A stretch of 64,000 nt of DNA. It comes from Monocercomonoides exilis PA203 (lineage: Eukaryota > Protista > Preaxostyla). The notes under the pieces are model-generated. The model saw nothing but the letters and a program-made list of their open reading frames with translations, made no database searches and was not told the DNA's origin. The DNA lies in contig LSRY02000005.1 in NCBI GenBank assembly GCA_001643675.2, positions 186,001-250,000 of the forward strand, written 5' to 3'. Position 1 is the first letter of the stretch. Every line of letters starts with the position of its first letter. The position numbers and the translations under genes are program-made. This document shows, in pieces, positions 59,916 to 64,000 of the stretch.

Positions 59916-61309
59916 ATGTGTCCAAGAAAAAAGGCAGCACCAATCCGTACCAATAATGCACTAAAGAAGCAAATAACCGATGTCCTTCATTGCCCGTTTG
60001 CAAAAAATATTTTTGTTGAGTATAAATAGTTATAATATGTTATTAGTGAACACATCGCTGCTCAATTATTAGAAGAGTCTTATGGAGATGTTGGGCGTTT
60101 GTATTGTTTATGTGTTTCTTTTTCATCCGTTTATCTTCTTTAAGGTGCACTTTCTAATTATTATGAGCATCCTGATAATTATCCATTTACTGCAAAAAGT
60201 CCAAAAGATGTTAACAAAGAAAAAATTGAATTATTTTTCAAAAATTACAAAGGTTTGGATATTCTTTTATTATATATTTGCATATTTGATTTATATTAAA
60301 ATGTTGTATTTGAAATATGTGTTGTTTATAGCCGAAGATAAAAACGCTATTGAAGAGGATGGCTTTGAGCGCCTTCTCACCGACTGCGAAATAAATCCAG
60401 AAGATTTATCATCACTTGTTATTCCTTGGAAGCTTGGAAGCAAAGTATTTGGACAATTTTCTCATGATGACTTTATTCAGGGATGTGTTAATTCTGGGTT
60501 TGTTTTTCTAAATATTGTATATTCTTTTAACGAAAATTTTTAATTTATAACTTAGTGTTGAAGATCTTGAATCATTAAAGTCAAGTCTTTCCATATTCAT
60601 GCAAAGCTTATATGAACCGATATATGTTTGATAAATGATTTTTTTTATAATAATTTGAAGAATTCAAAATATCATCATACATGACTATTTATTTACCTTT
60701 GAATCCATCTGTAACATATAAATATATATATCTAATTTTGTTACAGTTTCAAGACTTTTACAAATTCTGTTTTTTGTACAATATTGGAGAAAGTCGAACA
60801 AAACAGATGCGTATGATGTTGATTATTTTATGTTGAAATTTTCAATTCATATTTTTTTTGTTTGCTTGTTTTTTGCGCATTTGAATTTTTTGTTTTTATT
60901 GAAAATTTTATTGAAAAATTCTAGCAAGCGCTGATTGCATTGAGCTGTGGAAAGTTGTTTTGAAGGGAAGGTTCACTTCATTAGACGATTGGTGCGAATT
61001 TATAAAGGTTTGCAACACGTTGATAATTTTTCGATTATTTAATAGTATATTTTCATTCTGATTGTTACGATCATTTTTATTGGAATTATTTTTAAAATGA
61101 ATGAAAAAAATTGAAACGTCTTGTTCAAACAGGCTGTTAATCCAACTTACATTTCATTTGACACTTGGAATTTGTTGCTTGAATTTAGCAAAGAAATAAA
61201 GTCCGATTATTCGAATTTTGATGAGGATGGAGCATGGCCAATTCTTATTGAAGATTTTGTTAAGTGGAAGAAAAGCGGGAAAACTGATTTGCCAAAAAAG
61301 AAAAAGTGA
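59916..61309 (+). CDS. DCN1: DCN1-like cullin neddylation E3 (UBA-like plus PONY/Cullin_binding domain), 8 exons
   Basis: Exons 59916-59995, 60047-60096, 60145-60252, 60332-60497, 60556-60625, 60747-60810, 60925-61007 and 61133-61309 splice in frame. Motifs [36 protein letters not shown] and [15 protein letters not shown]. Confidence 0.92.
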
Positions 61310-62031
61310 AAGGATATCGATTTGTTTGTAAGATTTGAAGTTATGGAACGAATTCATGTTATTGCTCTTTCTCTTTTCTGATCATTAAATTTTTTCGAAA
61401 TGTTACATTACTAAATCAAAAATTTTTTATTTTTAATTAGAATGCAAATAATTTGGATTCAATTTGTGATTGGGTTTTATCATTTGTGTGCGTACTTATA
61501 AGTGTGTGAATACCAAAATAAAACTATTAAATAACTCATCAAATAAAAAGGAAAATAATCTTGTAATTTAGTATTTTTCATTTCAATTGTTCAAAATGTC
61601 AAATTCTTATCACGAACACAACAATTCTTCTCATCAATAAACTAGGAATTAATTTTTAAGAAATTTTCTAAATCACATATTTTCTTTTTTCATAAAAAGA
61701 ACTTATTTCTTCAATGAACAAAAATATGGCAAACAGATCAATGGGGCAAAAGCTTTCGAGCAACACCAGAAAAGAGATTGACGGCGCAGCGGAGAGCGAA
61801 ACGTCTTTCAATACAAAAAAGTTATTAATCCTGTTTTTTGTTTTGCCATAGTCATTGAGCTGTTTTCCTCCACTAATTGAATTGATTGAACAAGAAACAA
61901 AAGCAAATGTGATTCTGTTAATCCATCAATGAATGAAGCAGAGGCATTACGCCCAGGGAAAATCTTTTTTCGTTTGCCTGTTTTTTTCCTTTGTTATTTG
62001 AATGTGCAATGCGATTTTTTTTTTTTTTTGA

Positions 62032-63354
62032 TTGTGTGAAGTGTCAGTTTCAGAGTTGTGCCTTTTCTCTTCGAAAAAGCAAAAGCAGAAAATAGAAAAG
62101 CTGGATGGAATAATCTGGGAAATGGATAGAAAAGATTTTTGCTCGATTTCCATGTTTTCGATTTTTGGCCAGCTTGGGATGATGATAACAGAAAAGAAAA
62201 TGAAGGTGGAGAATGTTATTTTGTTACTGAAGCAAATAGGATATTGCAAAGTGCTGAAATTTAGAGAGTCCTTGCGTTTTGAAAAAACTTCGCTGTGTGA
62301 AGTATTTGAGAAGATGATTGTCGATGAAGACAAGAAAGATGAAAAAAAGAATGAAAAGATGCTGATTGACCTCTGCGAATGCTATCTGCTTTTGCGAGAA
62401 AGTAATTATGATGTGCCTGATGAATTGGTTTCAATTTGTATTCGTTGCCTGCTGAAAGCTGCATTGTGCAAGGAGGAAAGCGAGGAAGTTCGAAAAGAAG
62501 TGGAAATGGCATTGCTGGCACTGAGTAACATTGGATATGGGGTGTGTGAATTTCTATTTCCTTTGCATAGTTATTCAAGTGTGCTTAATATTTATTGATA
62601 TTTTTTCCAATTTGAACAGGATACGAGCAAAGAACCGTATTTGAGCGAGATCAAAGAAATCATCCTGTATCATCAAGAGCATAGAAACCTGACGCGTCTT
62701 GCCTATCAATCAGCTTGGAGTTTTTTGTTCAACAGATTGTTCATGCAGAATGAAATTGAAGATGTTGTTGGGAATGAGCTGCATTATGTGAGAGAAGTGA
62801 GTGGAGAATTGGATGAGATCAGGAAATGGGTGGAGCAGAAGAATGAAGAAAAAGAGGAAGAAATGAAAAGAAAAGATGAGAAAATGAGACGAATTGCAGA
62901 AGTGTGGCTTCGCTCAATTTGCTCCTTCTTTAGCCGTTGCAAAGTTGCAGATGAAGTGGCCATCGGAATGGTTGCTGATGTGACGAGACTATGCCGAACG
63001 TCAAGAGAGAATGAAAGAATGATATTTTCAGCCTGTTTAAATATTTTCAAAACAATGTTGATTCTGAAATGTGTGAAAATTGAGGCGTTGTTAAAAGGAG
63101 GTGCAAGCAAGCTGGCTGTGGAGGTGCTGCAACAGTCAACATTGACGAACCTGAATACGAATATCTGCTTCAAGTTCTGTTTGGTTGTTTCTGAAAGGTT
63201 GGAGAAAAAGATGAATAATGAAATGGAAGCAAAAGAAATGAAGAGGGTGAAAATGGAGTTTGATGAGGAAATGGAAGAAGAAGGATATGAAGATACCATT
63301 TTGAGTCTGAATGGATCGTTTTATTTTTTTAGAGATGGAAAGATTGTTTATTGA
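62032..63354 (+). CDS. Lineage-specific all-helical multigene-family protein; 5' exon(s) possibly from ~61726
   Basis: ORFs 62032..62598 and 62641..63354 join through a phase-0 intron at 62542-62619 (GTGTGT...AACAG). Paralog at 41086-42413. Confidence 0.75.
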
Positions 63355-63483
63355 CCAGTTATCTAAGAGTAGTTTATCTGTATGTTTAATGAAATGATGT
63401 TCCTCATATTTTGTAACTCACAAGTTTTATTCTTTTGTTTTGAATTTTTTTTTTCCAAAATTCAGAAAGTATTTATTCAATTC

Positions 63484-63514
<31 letters not shown>

Positions 63515-64000
63515 GATTTCCAAAATAATTATTAATTTATAAACACCAAAAAAGAACTCAATTTCGAAAAAAAAAAAAAAAAGATGATTGAAGCATTGCA
63601 CTTATTTCAATATTGAATAATTCGAAAAAAAGCAATTAACAAAGCTTGAAAATTCTTGATTCAAATTTTCTGACAATTCCAAAATTGATTTTTTCAAACA
63701 TGTGTTATTCTTTTTGAAAAGTTCAGAAGATATAACTGTCATTTTATAAAAAAAGTTCATTTATCCATTAAATTTCACCAAAATGCAATCCATGCGGTTT
63801 TTATCTTGTTTATGAGAAACAGTTTTCATTGAATATAAATCAAAAGACAAAATTAAAAAAAAATGAGCGACAAATAACTCACTATTTTTCACACAATATT
63901 ATGACATTTGTGAATTTTCTTAATCATGAACCAATATTCACATCAATATAAAATTGATACCAAAGAAAAAATTAATAACGAAAATTGATAAATGAAGAGA

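Overview
AT-rich, intron-containing eukaryotic DNA using the standard genetic code. GTTTG/GTATG splice donors and giant beta-helix receptor-pseudokinase families suggest an oxymonad such as Monocercomonoides (inference). Recognisable genes: two giant single-pass receptor pseudokinases (<3-8483; 18374-27351), a zf-HIT BCD1/ZNHIT6-like gene, a hemerythrin with one in-frame TAG, an 8-exon DCN1 gene, a large charged coiled-coil protein with IQ-like motifs, and a lineage-specific helical-family gene with a decayed paralog. The most notable structure is a nest of cargo-carrying DNA transposons with no recognisable transposase at 40.4-52.0 kb. Element A (40571-48035, TIR TAGACCTGTGCGACA, perfect 8-bp TSD TTTTCACG) contains element B (43614-47529, TIR TAAACCTGTGTGACG, perfect 8-bp TSD GTTATTCT). 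Both lie inside a third inverted-repeat pair (40390-51979). Each layer carries a piece of a host multigene family that also has a largely intact member in this window. Also present: a pogo-type DD35D transposase with a candidate TIR pair 8.7 kb apart, and a 1055-bp foldback element 50 bp upstream of the hemerythrin ATG. All alignments were done by eye; no database searches were run.
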